64,000 nt of DNA from Eledone cirrhosa (lineage: Eukaryota): the NCBI GenBank assembly GCA_964016885.1, contig OZ024741.1, forward strand, positions 167,462,001 through 167,526,000. Direction: 5' to 3'. Below the pieces are notes generated by a model. It did not search any database. It had not been told where the DNA came from and saw only the letters and a list, made by a program, of their open reading frames with translations. Of the stretch, positions 62,838 to 64,000 are shown piece by piece. The translations under genes and the position numbers were made by a program. The number at the start of each line of letters is the position of its first letter. Within the stretch, counting starts at the first letter, position 1.

Positions 62838-63170
62838 ATAATAATTGTTTCTACTTTTGGCACAAGGCCAGCAATTACTCAGTACATTACTGGTACTTTA
62901 TTTTATCGACCCCGTAAGGATGAAAGGCAAAGTTGACCTCGGCGGGATTTGAACTCAAAATGAAATAATAATTGTTTCTACTTTTGGCACAAGGCCAGCA
63001 ATTACCCAGTACATTACTGGTACTTTATTTTATCGACCCCGTAAGGATGAAAGGCAAAGTTGACCTCGGCGGGATTTGAACTCAGAATGGAATAATAATT
63101 GTTTCTACTTTTGGCACAAGGCCAGCAATTACCCAGTACATTACTGGTACTTTATTTTATCGACCCCCTA
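62838..63170 (-). mobile_element. Tandem trimer of a 5'-truncated SINE (~125-bp period)
   Basis: AATAATTGTTTCTACTTTTGGCACAAGGCCAG repeated three times, almost identically. Confidence 0.9.
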
Positions 63171-64000
63171 TTATTATCTTTATTATTTGAATTTATATCA
63201 AATAAAACACACACAAAAAGAATGAAAGTACAGGCTTTTTTTTATGTAAAAGTTATTTTGTTGGCAGCTAGCTCGAAGTTCAATATTCAATAACGCCTTT
63301 ATTACCAATTAATCAGTGACGTCACCGATATCAGGGGAAGCTACTCTAACAGAGAACGTCAACAAGCAGTTTATTAATACTAGACAAGCGAGTGATAAAG
63401 AAAGAAAAAAAAAAGGTTTATGATCCAACTTGTTATTTAACCACTTAAAAAAATATATATAAAGCCACTTAGTTTGTTTAAAGCAACAATCACATAGTAG
63501 AGGTAGTAAAGAAAATAAAAAAAAAATAAACGACCTGTTGTATTGTTGCTATGTGTACCTATTTTACCTATCGTAAAGAGCTGGTGTTGATAGTTCTACC
63601 TCTCAAATGTCTGTCAGTGACCCACTACTAAAACAACTGAAAGGTAAACACTCTAAATTACTGCTTTCGTATTTCAATTCAAGTGACAGCTTTCCGCTGT
63701 TTGACATTTATAAAAAAGCTTCGAATCATATCTATATCAATCTATATATAATGTATAACACATACGCACACGCATATATATACAAGGTGTCTCAAAAAAT
63801 GTATACAAACTTCAACAGCATTCTAATAAATATTGCCTGTAAAGGTAATGAAAATGTGTATATATTTTTGGGTGAATATATATATATATATATATATATG
63901 ATATTACTGAAATTACTCCCTGTTGCTACTCTGAGTTTTGCGGGTTCCCGTTGATTATGCATGAGTTATGTTCTCAGCGCAAACCCGCGAAACTCACAGT

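Overview
AT-rich, microsatellite-laden eukaryotic DNA. The SINE, MITE and LINE landscape suggests an octopod cephalopod (inference, no database check). There are two real genes. (1) A 12-coding-exon, 843-aa secreted protein on + (19654-37290): signal peptide, furin site, PAN-PAN-EGF-VWD(GDPH)-C8-TIL-TILa-EGF-VWA. A second copy lies about 33.45 kb upstream, and only its last five exons (1-3839) are in the window. (2) A 4-exon, 230-aa DCAKD-like dephospho-CoA kinase on - (57132-45537) with several unusual substitutions at conserved positions. Nearly all other ORFs in the track are artefacts of microsatellites and tandem repeats. The most interesting non-genic signal is a set of minimal type-I hammerhead ribozymes from at least three different families (41346-41388, 11404-11442, 59585-59620, plus mutated or partial copies). 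They sit in short non-coding Penelope-like or retrozyme-like units anchored in (TA)n, and two loci have fold-back 5' ends. One unit is a ~421-bp tandem repeat. The window also holds a 27-bp CpG-rich array of GCGCATGCGC motifs between ~110-bp direct repeats, a 31/48/36-bp compound minisatellite with a compact inverted relative, a Helitron Rep remnant, non-autonomous Helitrons, piggyBac-type MITEs, RTE-like LINE fragments, many SINEs and a 200-N gap. All calls are by-eye reading of the sequence.
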